Of a stretch of DNA of 64,000 nt, positions 1 through 9,505 are shown piece by piece. The position numbers were made by a program, and so were the translations under genes. The notes below the pieces were generated by a model. That model did no database searches. It saw only the letters and a program-made list of their open reading frames with translations, and was not told the origin of the DNA. This DNA is from Acidimicrobiales bacterium (GTDB lineage Bacteria > Actinomycetota > Acidimicrobiia > Acidimicrobiales > Bin134): contig OY760141.1 of NCBI GenBank assembly GCA_963663255.1, forward strand, positions 2,253,103-2,317,102, read 5' to 3'. The number at the start of each line of letters is the position of its first letter. The stretch's first letter is position 1.

Positions 1-1482
1 CACGGGGTGACCAGCGTGATCGGGGGCAATTGCGGGTTCACCATCGCCCCGCTCACCGACGACCCCGCCGACGGCGAATACCTGATGCAGATGCTGGCCC
101 GGGTCGAGGGCATGCCCCTGGAGTCGCTCCAGGTCGGCGTGCCGTGGAACTGGCGCTCCACCGCCGAGTACTTCGACGCCTTCGACGGCACGCTGTCGAT
201 CAACACCGCCTTCAAGGTGGGGCACTCCGCACTTCGCCGCGTGGTCATGGGGCCAGACTGCGTCAAGCGGGAGGCCACCCCTGAGGAGCTGGCCCAGATG
301 CAGGATCTGCTCCGCGCCGGGTTGGAGGCCGGGGCCCTGGGGTTCTCCTCGTCTTACGCCCGCACCCACAACGACCCCTTCGGCAACATGGTGCCCAGCC
401 GCTACGCCAGCCGCCACGAGCTGGTGGAGTTGGCCAGGGTGTGCTCGGAGTATGAGGGCACCTCGCTGGAGATCATCCCCTGTGTCGGCCCGTTCGACGA
501 CGCCGCCATCAACCTGATGACCGACATGTCGGTGGCCGCTCAGACCCAGCTCAACTGGAACGTGATGACCGTGGCCGAGAACAATCTGGACGAGTGCTAC
601 GCCAAGCTGGAGGCCAGCGACCACGCCAAGGCCAACGGCGGCAAGGTGGTGGCCCTCACCGTGCCCATGGCGTTCTCGGTACGCCTCAGCATGGCCGGCG
701 GCTTTGTGCTCGATGCCCTGCCTGACTGGGAGGGCGCCATGCTGGCCCCGCCGGCGGAAAAGATGGCGATTTTGGCCGACCAGGCCGAGCGCGACCGCCT
801 CGATGAACTGGCCCAACAGCCCGGACCCCTGAAGGGACTGGCTGATTGGTCCACCAAGATCATCTTCGACACCTTCGCCCCCGAGAACGAGCAGTATCGG
901 GGACGCACCGTGGGACAGATCGCCGAGGACGAGGGCAAGAAGCCGTTCGACGCCCTGTGCGACATCGTGGTGGCCGATGAGCTGAAGACCTCTTTCGGCA
1001 CCCCGCCGCCGGTGTCCTCCAACGCGGACTGGAAGGCCCGCATGGAGATCTGGCGGGATGGTCGAGCGGTTATCGGCGCCTCGGACGCCGGCGCCCACCT
1101 GGACCTGTTCATGACCGCCAACTACGCCACCTCAATGCTCGGCCAGTGCATGCGGGAGCGTGAGCTCATCTCGATGGAAGAGGCCGTCCACCTGATGACC
1201 GACGTGCAGGCCCAGCTGTATGGGCTCAAGGAGCGGGGCCAGCTCCAAGAGGGCTGGCACGGCGACGTGGTGGTGATCGACGAGAGCCGGGTGGGGGCCA
1301 AGCCCCTCACGGTTGTGGCCGACCTACCCGCTGGCGCTCCCCGCCTTTATGGAGAAGCCGAGGGCATCGACCATGTGTTCTGCAACGGCGAAGAGATCGT
1401 GCAGGACGGGCGATTCACCGACGCCCGGCCCGGCAAGCACCTCCGCAGCGGCAGTGACACCGAGAGAGTCGACCTGTCCTAG
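1..1482 (+). CDS. Amidohydrolase of the N-acyl-D-amino-acid deacylase (D-aminoacylase) family; 5' end cut by window edge
   Basis: Frame 1 is open from nt 1. GVTSVIGGNCGFTIAP, typical of this subfamily, sits at the very start, so the N-terminal metal-binding part is outside the window. Stop TAG at 1480-1482. Confidence 0.7.
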   Translation, partial: HGVTSVIGGNCGFTIAPLTDDPADGEYLMQMLARVEGMPLESLQVGVPWNWRSTAEYFDAFDGTLSINTAFKVGHSALRRVVMGPDCVKREATPEELAQMQDLLRAGLEAGALGFSSSYARTHNDPFGNMVPSRYASRHELVELARVCSEYEGTSLEIIPCVGPFDDAAINLMTDMSVAAQTQLNWNVMTVAENNLDECYAKLEASDHAKANGGKVVALTVPMAFSVRLSMAGGFVLDALPDWEGAMLAPPAEKMAILADQAERDRLDELAQQPGPLKGLADWSTKIIFDTFAPENEQYRGRTVGQIAEDEGKKPFDALCDIVVADELKTSFGTPPPVSSNADWKARMEIWRDGRAVIGASDAGAHLDLFMTANYATSMLGQCMRERELISMEEAVHLMTDVQAQLYGLKERGQLQEGWHGDVVVIDESRVGAKPLTVVADLPAGAPRLYGEAEGIDHVFCNGEEIVQDGRFTDARPGKHLRSGSDTERVDLS

Positions 1483-1542
1483 CCTCCAAGAGGCCCCAAC
1501 TCAACCGATCTACAGATCCCAACCAACCAACAGGAGTCCACC

Positions 1543-2745
1543 ATGCCCGAAGCAGTCATCGTCGCCACCTCCCGCACGCCCATCGGGCGGGCGGTCAAGG
1601 GGTCGCTGGCCGACGTTCGCCCCGACGACATGTCAGCGTTCATCATCGACGACGTGATCGGCAAGGTCCCCCAGATAGAAGGTTCTGACGTCGAGGACGT
1701 GATGTGGGGTTGCGCTCAGCCTGCGGGCGAGGCGGGCTACAACATCGCCCGGCTGTCAGGGCTCTTGGCCGGACTCGACGTGCCCGGCGTTACCGTAAAC
1801 CGCTACTGCTCCTCGTCGCTCCAGACCATCCGCATGGCCGCCCATGCGGTGCGGGCTGGAGAGGGCGATGTGTTCGTGTCGGGCGGAGTCGAGTGCGTGA
1901 GCCGCTTCGCGGCGGGAGCTTCCGACCGGGGCGGCAAGAACGACAAGTTCGCCGAGGCCGAGGCCCGCTCGGCTGAGCGCACAGGCGAGGGCACGCCGAC
2001 ATGGTCACCCCCTGAGGGTCTGCCCGACATCTACATCGCCATGGGCCAGACCGCAGAGAACGTGGCCCAGGCCTGGAATGTGAGCCGCGAGCGCCAAGAC
2101 GAGTTCGGCGTCAGGTCCCAGAACCGGGCCGAGGCCGCCCAGGAGCGTGGCTTCTTCGAGCGGGAGATCACCCCCTATCCCCTGGCCGACGGCACGCTGG
2201 TAAGCACCGACGACGGCATTCGAGCCGGCACCGTCATCGAGAAGGTCTCCCAGCTCAATCCAGTGTTCCGCCCCGACGGCACCGTTACCGCGGGAAACGC
2301 CTGTCCTCTCAACGACGGGGCCGCCGCGGTGGTGGTGATGAGCGACACCAAGGCTGCTGAGTTGGGCGTCAAGCCGCTGGCCCGGATCGTGGCTTCTGGC
2401 GTGGCCGCGGTGAATCCCGAGATCATGGGCCTCGGACCCATTCCGGCCATCGCCCAGGTGCTGGACCGAGCCGGCATGACCATCGACGACATCGACTTGG
2501 TGGAGATCAACGAGGCGTTCGCCGCTCAGGTGATTCCTTCGGCCGATGAGCTGGGCATCGACTTCGACAAACTCAACGTGAACGGCGGCGCCATCGCATT
2601 GGGCCATCCCTTCGGTATGACCGGAGCCCGCATCATGGGCACCTTGCTCAACGGGCTGGAGGATGCCGACAAGACCATCGGGATCGAGAGCATGTGTGTG
2701 GGCGGTGGCCAGGGCATGGCCATGATCGTGGAGCGGTTGAGCTAG
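1543..2745 (+). CDS. Acetyl-CoA C-acetyltransferase / thiolase
   Basis: Thiolase motifs NRYCSSSLQ (active-site Cys), NEAFAAQ, GHPFGMTGAR and CVGGGQGMA. ATG is preceded by caggag RBS. Confidence 0.9.
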   Translation: MPEAVIVATSRTPIGRAVKGSLADVRPDDMSAFIIDDVIGKVPQIEGSDVEDVMWGCAQPAGEAGYNIARLSGLLAGLDVPGVTVNRYCSSSLQTIRMAAHAVRAGEGDVFVSGGVECVSRFAAGASDRGGKNDKFAEAEARSAERTGEGTPTWSPPEGLPDIYIAMGQTAENVAQAWNVSRERQDEFGVRSQNRAEAAQERGFFEREITPYPLADGTLVSTDDGIRAGTVIEKVSQLNPVFRPDGTVTAGNACPLNDGAAAVVVMSDTKAAELGVKPLARIVASGVAAVNPEIMGLGPIPAIAQVLDRAGMTIDDIDLVEINEAFAAQVIPSADELGIDFDKLNVNGGAIALGHPFGMTGARIMGTLLNGLEDADKTIGIESMCVGGGQGMAMIVERLS

Positions 2746-2777
2746 CCGGACCTATCAATCTGGGGTTGTTCGAGCGT

Positions 2778-4040
2778 TTAGGCGAAAGGGTCGGTCGCCC
2801 CAGAACGCGCCCCGGGCGTGAAGGTGGCCGGCATCGATACCACGCCCGTCAGCAATAGATTGCCCGGGTAGGGCTTGAACTGGTCGAGGTCGATCTCATA
2901 GTCGCCGATGCGGGCCAGCACGTCTCTGAGCATGAGCTCTGATTCGATGCGGGCGATCGACGAGCCAATGCAGCGGTGGCCGCCCAGACCAAAGGCCAAG
3001 TGCTTGTTTGCCTGGCGTTCGATGCGAATCTCGCCGGGATCATCGAAAACAGCAGGATCATGGTTGGCTGTTACCCAGCTGATGAGCACAATGTCACCCC
3101 GCTTGATTTGGCGACCGCCCAGCTCCACGTCGCGGGTGGCGGTGCGGGTCAGGGTCTCGCTGGGACTGTAGAAGCGGAGGAACTCCTCGACTGCAGCCGG
3201 GATCAGGGTGGGATTCTCGATTAGCCGGGCGCGGTCCTCGGGGTGGGTTCCCAAATGATGCAGTCCCCACGACACCAGCGACGTGGTGGTGTCGAGGCCG
3301 CCAGCCACCAAGTTCCACATGATGGCGGTGATCTCGTCGTCGCTCAGCATTCGGCCATCCAGCGGGGAGGAAACCAGGGCGGTAGTAACGTCGTCGGCCG
3401 GATTCTCTCGTCGAAATTGGGCGAAGTCGCGCAGCTCGCCCCACATATCCGGCTGATGGGCGATTGCGCTGAGATACCGCTCATCGGTGGGCTCATAGGA
3501 CGAGGTGGCGTGAAAGAAGTCGGCATAGTGCTGCCAGTTGGACGACACCATGCCCATCATCTCGAGCGTCAGCACCGCGGGGACCGGGGTGGCGTAGTCG
3601 AGCACCAAATCTGCCTCGCCCGACTCGACTATCTCATCGATGAACCACGCCGACACTGCCTCCATCCTCGGCCGGGTGCTCTCGACGGCATTGATGGTCA
3701 TGAGCGGGTTCAGCACTCGCCGCAGGTCGGCGTGCTCGGGTCCATCGATCTCGGAAACGCCTTGGCGAGGTATGTACGACGGACGGGGAACGCCGCAAAT
3801 GCCCATGTAGGAGACGCCGTCGGGGGCATCGGGCTCGTACTTGTGGGCGAACGTCTCGTTGTCTCGGGCTACTTGGGCCACTGACTCGTAGTCGGTGACC
3901 ATCCAGAAACCGCCGTAGTGCTCGTTGAACGCCACCGGGCAGCGCTCTCGCAACTCGTGGTAGCGGCTGTGGCGGTCGGCTACGAACTCCAGAGACTGAT
4001 GATCGATGTCGACTGTGTCATCTGCTGTGCCGCCGTCCAC
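2778..4040 (-). CDS. Cytochrome P450
   Basis: Heme-binding loop FGLGGHRCIGSSIAR (FxxGxHxCxG), EXXR (EEFLRF) and I-helix AGGLDTT. GTG start at 4040. Confidence 0.9.
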   Translation of the reverse strand: MDGGTADDTVDIDHQSLEFVADRHSRYHELRERCPVAFNEHYGGFWMVTDYESVAQVARDNETFAHKYEPDAPDGVSYMGICGVPRPSYIPRQGVSEIDGPEHADLRRVLNPLMTINAVESTRPRMEAVSAWFIDEIVESGEADLVLDYATPVPAVLTLEMMGMVSSNWQHYADFFHATSSYEPTDERYLSAIAHQPDMWGELRDFAQFRRENPADDVTTALVSSPLDGRMLSDDEITAIMWNLVAGGLDTTTSLVSWGLHHLGTHPEDRARLIENPTLIPAAVEEFLRFYSPSETLTRTATRDVELGGRQIKRGDIVLISWVTANHDPAVFDDPGEIRIERQANKHLAFGLGGHRCIGSSIARIESELMLRDVLARIGDYEIDLDQFKPYPGNLLLTGVVSMPATFTPGARSGATDPFA

Positions 4041-4066
4041 GCCCGCAGCCTACGCGGCCCCTGCGG

Positions 4067-4339
4067 CTAGGTGCCGTAGCGCAGCACCTCGGCCGCGTAC
4101 TGGTCGGCGAACAGCTTCAGCACCTCGCCGGGTTCAGCGTGGCGACAGCAGTCTTCTTTGGAGTAGAGCATCTCACCGTCGACTTCGACGTCGAATATGC
4201 CCGACGCACCGGTCACCAGAGTCAGATCCTCGATGATGTGCTGGTAGTTCTGAAGGAGGTCCTTGGCAGCGCTCACGGCGTGCTCGGAATAGTTTCAAGG
4301 AACTCAATAGGTGATCGTGATGCGGTGCTTTTGCGCCAT
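4067..4339 (-). CDS. SelW/SelT/SelH (Rdx) family thioredoxin-fold protein with two in-frame TGA codons at the redox motif (candidate U-x-x-U selenoprotein)
   Basis: The listed 69-aa ORF (GTG 4276) lacks the Rdx N-terminus. The same frame upstream reads ATG(4339) AQKHRITITY-TGA(4306-4304)-VP-TGA(4297-4295)-NYSEHAVSAAK..., bounded by TAG at 4351-4349. The C-terminal part (LVTGASGIFDVEVDGEMLYSK) matches the Rdx core. Confidence 0.55.
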
Positions 4340-4403
4340 GGGAGCAGGCTACCGCCAGCGTGGGGTGACTACTACCACCCCGGCTGCAACTACTGTCCAG
4401 CCC

Positions 4404-5018
4404 ATGAACCAAGCAACCGCCGAGGTCGGCGTGTTCGAGGCCATGCACACCCAGCGGGCAGTGCGCCGCTATCTGCCCGACCCGGTGCCCGATGAGCTCA
4501 TTACCAAGGTGCTGGACGCGGCCATCCGGGCCCCCAGCGCCATCAATGGCCAGTTCGCCCGCTTCGTGGTGGTCACCGATCCCGACAAGCGCCGCCGCTT
4601 GGGCGAGCTGTATCTGGATGCACAGCAGCAGTCGTACAACAACCCGGCGGCGGGAGCTGTATGGCTGCGGGGCCAGGAGGCGGAAATCGTTGAGAAGGCC
4701 GCCAAATTCGCCCGCGAGGTCGGCGACGTGCCGGTGTTCATCATCGTGTGCTCCACTCAGCGGGGAGTGAGCCACTCGGTGTATCCAGCGGTGCAAAATC
4801 TCCTAGTCGCGGCCCGCAGCCTAGGGCTGGGCACGGTGCTGACCACGCTGCACACCTTTCGGGCCGACGAGGTGCGGGCCGCTCTCGGCATTCCCGATGA
4901 CGTGCACATTGTGTGCGGCATTCCGATGGGTTGGCCCGCGGTGCCCTTTGGCCCGGTGCGCCGGCGGCCATTGTCTGAAGTTGCCTACTGGAACCAATGG
5001 GAGGGCTCTGATGAATGA
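4404..5018 (+). CDS. Nitroreductase family protein
   Basis: MHTQRAVRRYLPDPVPDELITKVLDAAIRAPSAINGQ is the nitroreductase N-terminal signature. Trimmed to ATG 4404, because the upstream extension would overlap the divergent Rdx gene. Confidence 0.8.
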   Translation: MNQATAEVGVFEAMHTQRAVRRYLPDPVPDELITKVLDAAIRAPSAINGQFARFVVVTDPDKRRRLGELYLDAQQQSYNNPAAGAVWLRGQEAEIVEKAAKFAREVGDVPVFIIVCSTQRGVSHSVYPAVQNLLVAARSLGLGTVLTTLHTFRADEVRAALGIPDDVHIVCGIPMGWPAVPFGPVRRRPLSEVAYWNQWEGSDE

Positions 5019-5862
5019 GCAGCGGAGTGAGCAGGGTTTCGGACCCTTCAAGATGACCGTCGACAACGGGGTTGGCTGGGTAGTGATCGACCATCCGCCC
5101 AAGCAGCTGGTGGACGGCGAATTGATCGGTGGGTTGTTCGGCTTGCTGAACGCAGTCGAGGCTGACGATCAGGTGGGGGTGCTGGTGTTCGAGAGCGCCG
5201 ATCCCGACTTCTTTTTGATGCACGGCGATGTCGAGCAGATCCTGGCCATGGAGGCGTCGGCCGAAGTGCCGACCGAGCCCAACATGGCTGCGGTCACGTT
5301 CGACCGGTGCCGCACTATCGGAGTAGCCACCATCGGCATGATCGACGGCGTGGCCCGGGGCGGCGGTTCGGAGTTCTTGCTGTCGCTCGACATGCGCTTC
5401 GCCGGACCCCGCACCGTGCTCGGCCAGCCCGAGGTGGCCATGGGCATTATTCCTGGAGCCAGCGGCACCCAGCGATTGGCCCGCTTGGTTGGCCGCAGCC
5501 GGGCGCTTGAGATCGTCTTGTCGGGCAACGACGTGACCGCCGAGGAGGCCGCGGCCATCGGCTACGTCAACCGGGTGCTGCCCTCCGACAAGCTCCGGGC
5601 CCATACCGCCCAGGTGGCCCGCCGAATTGCCGCCTCGCCCAGATTGTCCATTGCCAAGGCCAAGCAGGCCGTAGACGCTGCACTGGGACCGGTAGAGCCC
5701 GGACTCTTGGCCGAGACCCAGGCGATGATGGCCTGCTCAGCCACCGGCCAGCACGTGCCCCTCATGCAGCGCTTCCTTGACGTCGGGGGCCAGACTCGAG
5801 AATCTGAGCGCGACCCTGACGCATTGGCCGCGGTGATCGATCAGATGTTGGAGATCGCCTAG
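5011..5862 (+). CDS. Enoyl-CoA hydratase/isomerase (crotonase) family protein
   Basis: Crotonase fold signature (DGVARGGGSEFLLSLDMRFA). ATG 5011 overlaps the nitroreductase stop, and the longer listed ORF is a frame extension. Confidence 0.85.
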   Translation: MNEQRSEQGFGPFKMTVDNGVGWVVIDHPPKQLVDGELIGGLFGLLNAVEADDQVGVLVFESADPDFFLMHGDVEQILAMEASAEVPTEPNMAAVTFDRCRTIGVATIGMIDGVARGGGSEFLLSLDMRFAGPRTVLGQPEVAMGIIPGASGTQRLARLVGRSRALEIVLSGNDVTAEEAAAIGYVNRVLPSDKLRAHTAQVARRIAASPRLSIAKAKQAVDAALGPVEPGLLAETQAMMACSATGQHVPLMQRFLDVGGQTRESERDPDALAAVIDQMLEIA

Positions 5863-6674
5863 CTCAATTCGGGCCAGAGGGCCAGCGCAGTGCCACCCAG
5901 GAACTGGGCTTGCTCGCTAGCGGAGAGCCCAGCACAGGCAGCTCGAGCTTGGTCGGCCAACTCTGAGTAGGGCCGGTCGTGAGTCTGGGAGTAGTCAGAA
6001 CCCCACATCAGTCGGTCAAGCCCAAATTGCTCGGCAAGTCGTTCCAGCATGGCCGCCGGGTCGCCCGCATCCAGCACATGGGGGGTGACTTTCAGATACA
6101 GATTGGCCAGGTGGGCGTAGTCGCCGATCGTCTCCGGGGCGAACCCGCAATGGTCTAGAGCCAAGATCACATCAGGATGTGCGGCCACTGCCTCGACCAG
6201 CGCGGACAGGTACTCGGGCACTGTCGCTGCGCTGACCCGCAGGCCGAGCCGCCGCGCGGTGTCCCAAGTTGCCTCTTCGTGCAGCGGCCCTCCCCCGCCG
6301 ATGGCGTAGAAACGCACCCCACCCGCCCCAGCGGCAGCCAGCGAGTCGAGCTCAGCGGGGTCGTCCACGATCACCACCGCGCTGAATGTCTCGGGATAGG
6401 CCGCCCGAGCGTCCACCACATAGGAGTTATCCGTGCCGTAGCCCCCCTGGGCCTGCACAAGCACGGCCCGATCGACGCCAGCGCCGTTCAATTCAGCCTT
6501 TAGCTCCTCCACCGTCACCGGCGCCTCGTACACCCACTCCACCCCCGGATAGTCGGCCACCTGAAGGGGGTATTTCTCATGGTCGTCAGAGATCACGTGA
6601 GTATGGGTGTCCACTATGAGCACTTGGGTAGTCTGCCCCGCAGCGCCCCCCGACGCCGATCCTTCGGTAGACAC
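5859..6674 (-). CDS. Amidohydrolase-2 (TIM-barrel metal hydrolase) family protein
   Basis: N-terminal VDTHTHV metal motif and C-terminal WGSDY motif. The GTG start at 6674 is uncertain, and an internal GTG before LIVDTHTH is possible. Confidence 0.7.
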   Translation of the reverse strand: MSTEGSASGGAAGQTTQVLIVDTHTHVISDDHEKYPLQVADYPGVEWVYEAPVTVEELKAELNGAGVDRAVLVQAQGGYGTDNSYVVDARAAYPETFSAVVIVDDPAELDSLAAAGAGGVRFYAIGGGGPLHEEATWDTARRLGLRVSAATVPEYLSALVEAVAAHPDVILALDHCGFAPETIGDYAHLANLYLKVTPHVLDAGDPAAMLERLAEQFGLDRLMWGSDYSQTHDRPYSELADQARAACAGLSASEQAQFLGGTALALWPELS

Positions 6675-6704
6675 AACCGGCAGGGCGTGAGAGGAGGCCG
6701 AGAA

Positions 6705-7589
6705 ATGGCCGGTTCATTTCCGACGTATACCTGCTTTGAGATCACCCTCGAAAATGCAGTCGCCCACCTGCGGCTCAGCCGACCTGAGGCCAGGAACTCG
6801 ATGATCCCGGAGTTCTGGTCTGAGCTGCCCGCTGCGGTGAATGATCTGTCCGACTCCGGAGATGCCCGGGCGCTGGTGATCTCCTCCACCGGCCGCCACT
6901 TCACCGCGGGCATGGACCTGTCGGTGTTCACCCAGCCGGATTCGCTGTTCTCGGGTGGCGCTGATTCTGAATCAGGATCAAGCAAAACGCCGGAGTTCGG
7001 CCGGGTCCGGGCCGAAACCCGAAACTTGGCCCTAACCCTTCAGGAGTCCTTCAGCTGCCTGGAGAAGGCCCGGATGCCGGTGCTGGCCGCGATTCAGGGG
7101 GGCTGCGTGGGCGGAGGGGTGGACATGGTCTGCGCCGCCGACATGCGGTATTGCACTGCTGATGCGTTCTTCTGTATTCAGGAAATCAACATCGCTTTGA
7201 CCGCTGATCTGGGCACCCTGCAACGGCTGCCCCGGATCATTCCCGACGGCCTGGCCCGTGAGCTGGCCTACACCGGGCGCCGGCTCACTGCGGATGAGGC
7301 AATGGCAGCTGGCCTGGTCAACCAGGTATTTCCCGATCAAGACGCCATGATCGAGAGCGTGCTATCGATTGCCCGGGAGACCGCCCAGCGCTCGCCGTTG
7401 GCGGTGTGGGGATCAAAGGAAATGCTCAACTACACCCGCGACCACAGTGTGGCCGACGGCCTCAACCACGTCGCCACCTGGCAGGCCGGCATGTTCCACC
7501 CCGACGACATGGCCGAAGTTTTCGCGGCCCGGTCAGAAGGCCGCGACCCGGTTTTCCAGAACCTCCTGCCCATCCGGCGCACTCTGTAG
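6705..7589 (+). CDS. Enoyl-CoA hydratase/isomerase family protein (dienoyl-CoA isomerase-like)
   Basis: Crotonase signature (ARNSM..., IQGGCVGGGVDMVCAADMRY). ATG 6705 follows gagaggagg RBS. Confidence 0.85.
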   Translation: MAGSFPTYTCFEITLENAVAHLRLSRPEARNSMIPEFWSELPAAVNDLSDSGDARALVISSTGRHFTAGMDLSVFTQPDSLFSGGADSESGSSKTPEFGRVRAETRNLALTLQESFSCLEKARMPVLAAIQGGCVGGGVDMVCAADMRYCTADAFFCIQEINIALTADLGTLQRLPRIIPDGLARELAYTGRRLTADEAMAAGLVNQVFPDQDAMIESVLSIARETAQRSPLAVWGSKEMLNYTRDHSVADGLNHVATWQAGMFHPDDMAEVFAARSEGRDPVFQNLLPIRRTL

Positions 7590-7636
7590 TGGTCCCAGTA
7601 GTTCATATGACCGCCCAAGGCCGCTAGCTTCCCTCC

Positions 7637-8104
7637 ATGCCTTCAATTGCAACCGACCGCTATGTCGACCGGGCCGAGATGGAGGACTTCGTCCGTCCCC
7701 GCCACCGAGGCGTCCTGCTCACTACTCGCCGAGACGGCCGCCCCCAGAGCTCGCTGGTCACCCTGGGCCTCGACACCAGCGGCCGCGTGGTGGTGTCTAG
7801 CTACCCCGAACGGGCCAAGTCGATCAACGCCAAGCGCAACCCTGCCGCCTCAATGGTGGTGATGTCCGATGAGTTCGGCGGCGAGTGGGTACAGCTCGAC
7901 GGAACCGCCGAGTGCCTCGACATGCCCGAGGCACTCGACGGCCTCGTCGAGTACTTCCGGGTCATTTCCGGCGAGCACCCCGACTGGGACGAATACCGCC
8001 AAGCCATGGCCCACCAAGACAAATGCCTCATCCGCCTAACCATCGACCAATGGGGCCCAATCTCCAAAGGCGGCTTCCCCGCCCGCCTTGTCGAGGACTC
8101 CTGA
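7637..8104 (+). CDS. PPOX-class (pyridoxamine 5'-phosphate oxidase-like) probable F420-dependent enzyme
   Basis: Typical PPOX split-barrel pattern (RHRGVLLTTRRDGRPQSSLV...VVSSYPERAKSINAKRNP...). Stop TGA at 8102-8104. Confidence 0.75.
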   Translation: MPSIATDRYVDRAEMEDFVRPRHRGVLLTTRRDGRPQSSLVTLGLDTSGRVVVSSYPERAKSINAKRNPAASMVVMSDEFGGEWVQLDGTAECLDMPEALDGLVEYFRVISGEHPDWDEYRQAMAHQDKCLIRLTIDQWGPISKGGFPARLVEDS

Positions 8105-8113
8105 GCATTGGCT

Positions 8114-9397
8114 CTACCTGGGTCGTGCTGCTCCGATCTCTCTCTGCACGATCGCCGGGTCGAGTTGAAGGGAAATGGTCTCGGGTCCTTTGAGTGGAAG
8201 CAGCGGTTTGATTCGCTGGTCAATCTCCCCTCTGAGCGATTCCACAACGGCATGGAATTCATCGCTCTTCCCCAATCGGCGGAAGAACTTTGAGGGAGTG
8301 ACAGCAGCCAGGGCGCTGATCCTTCGCTGAAAATCAAGCACATCAGCCCGGAGCAGATCTTCATTCTCCTGTAGAAGGTTGAACGAGAAGTCGGGGCGAC
8401 CATCAGCCGCTATGACGGCAGCTGCGCCTGCCGCCAGATGGGCCTTGACGGCAGCTGATCGGACAAAAGCGAGTGCGTCCGCATGGAAGTGGGTCGGATT
8501 GCCGAATGCTTCCTTTACCCCTTTGGCCCACGGTACGGCTTGCCCGTGCTTAGCCTCATACAGATCTTGGGCCTTTTCTATGTCGTCGACGAATCTCCGC
8601 ATCTGCTCTCGACGGGCAAAGTAAATGCCCTCGACCTCCCGTCGGGCGACAGCAAGCTCGGTAGCCATCTGCGCGGGAATCACCCCTTCTTGCGCAGCAC
8701 TAATGGCTTCTCGCACGAGGTAGGAAGCAGCTTGAAGCCTCCCGCTGTCGTCATCGACATGACGCTGGTAGAGCTCGTCGATCCCCGCGTTGATTTCCGA
8801 CAGGGCTGCTTCAAGTTGGTACTGCTGGACTGCTGCAGCAGCAATAGCAGTCCCCCCTGCAAGCAGTTGAGGCCATGATGCGGCCACTCGGCTTGCTCCC
8901 CTTCGGCTGAGTTGGCCGATTTCGACTACGCGCGCCGAAGCAGCATCCACTGCTATGGCGTAGTCACCGCTCATCATGCGCATTGACCCCTTGGCCAAAC
9001 CCCGCAGCGTCTCTCTAGAAAAAGTCAGCTGGTATCCCGACGAGGCCAGAGTGTCGAGCAGACCAGGAATTGTCCGAGAGAGCTCCAATACTGCGGCCGT
9101 GACCGTAGTACCGGCCTGCACTGTCTCAACTCTTGAACCAACCTGATCAGGTTCAAGGTCAATGGTGGCCAACAGACGGTCATCGGCTCGTAGTTTCAGC
9201 TGACCGCTATCGGATCGCTGCGAGCAAACCACCGGCGTAGACAGCTCGAAAGCAGCTGACTCCCCTGAGGATTCTTCATGAGCAGCCTCAATGTGGTGCT
9301 TCTCCACCGCTGGCCCAAGCCGGCGAGCGACCACCAGAACGAGCCCGATCAACACTGACAGCAATACGATCAAGACCACGGCCAGGGTTATCTCCAC
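8114..9397 (-). CDS. Hypothetical membrane-anchored protein (single N-terminal TM helix, helical Ala-rich body)
   Basis: 427-aa ORF with a hydrophobic N-terminus (MEITLAVVLIVLLSVLIGLVLVVA). Amino-acid composition looks coding, with none of the Arg/Pro/Gly bias of shadow ORFs. I recognise no family. Confidence 0.6.
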   Translation of the reverse strand: MEITLAVVLIVLLSVLIGLVLVVARRLGPAVEKHHIEAAHEESSGESAAFELSTPVVCSQRSDSGQLKLRADDRLLATIDLEPDQVGSRVETVQAGTTVTAAVLELSRTIPGLLDTLASSGYQLTFSRETLRGLAKGSMRMMSGDYAIAVDAASARVVEIGQLSRRGASRVAASWPQLLAGGTAIAAAAVQQYQLEAALSEINAGIDELYQRHVDDDSGRLQAASYLVREAISAAQEGVIPAQMATELAVARREVEGIYFARREQMRRFVDDIEKAQDLYEAKHGQAVPWAKGVKEAFGNPTHFHADALAFVRSAAVKAHLAAGAAAVIAADGRPDFSFNLLQENEDLLRADVLDFQRRISALAAVTPSKFFRRLGKSDEFHAVVESLRGEIDQRIKPLLPLKGPETISLQLDPAIVQREIGAARPR

Positions 9398-9505
9398 GAC
9401 AGGAGTATCCCCTACCTGATCGTCTTGATTCTTGTTATCACTCTTCTTCTATTTCAACGCCTAAGCACAAGGTTGCGCTGGGCCGGCCGTGTCGAATCAA
9501 TTCCA

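Noticed and set aside
4295-4306. Alternative explanation: genome-wide TGA reassignment, or simple pseudogenisation of the Rdx gene.
   Set aside because: Reassignment is rejected because TGA terminates many well-defined genes in the window. Pseudogenisation cannot be fully excluded, but it is disfavoured because both stops coincide exactly with the two redox positions and the rest of the frame is intact.
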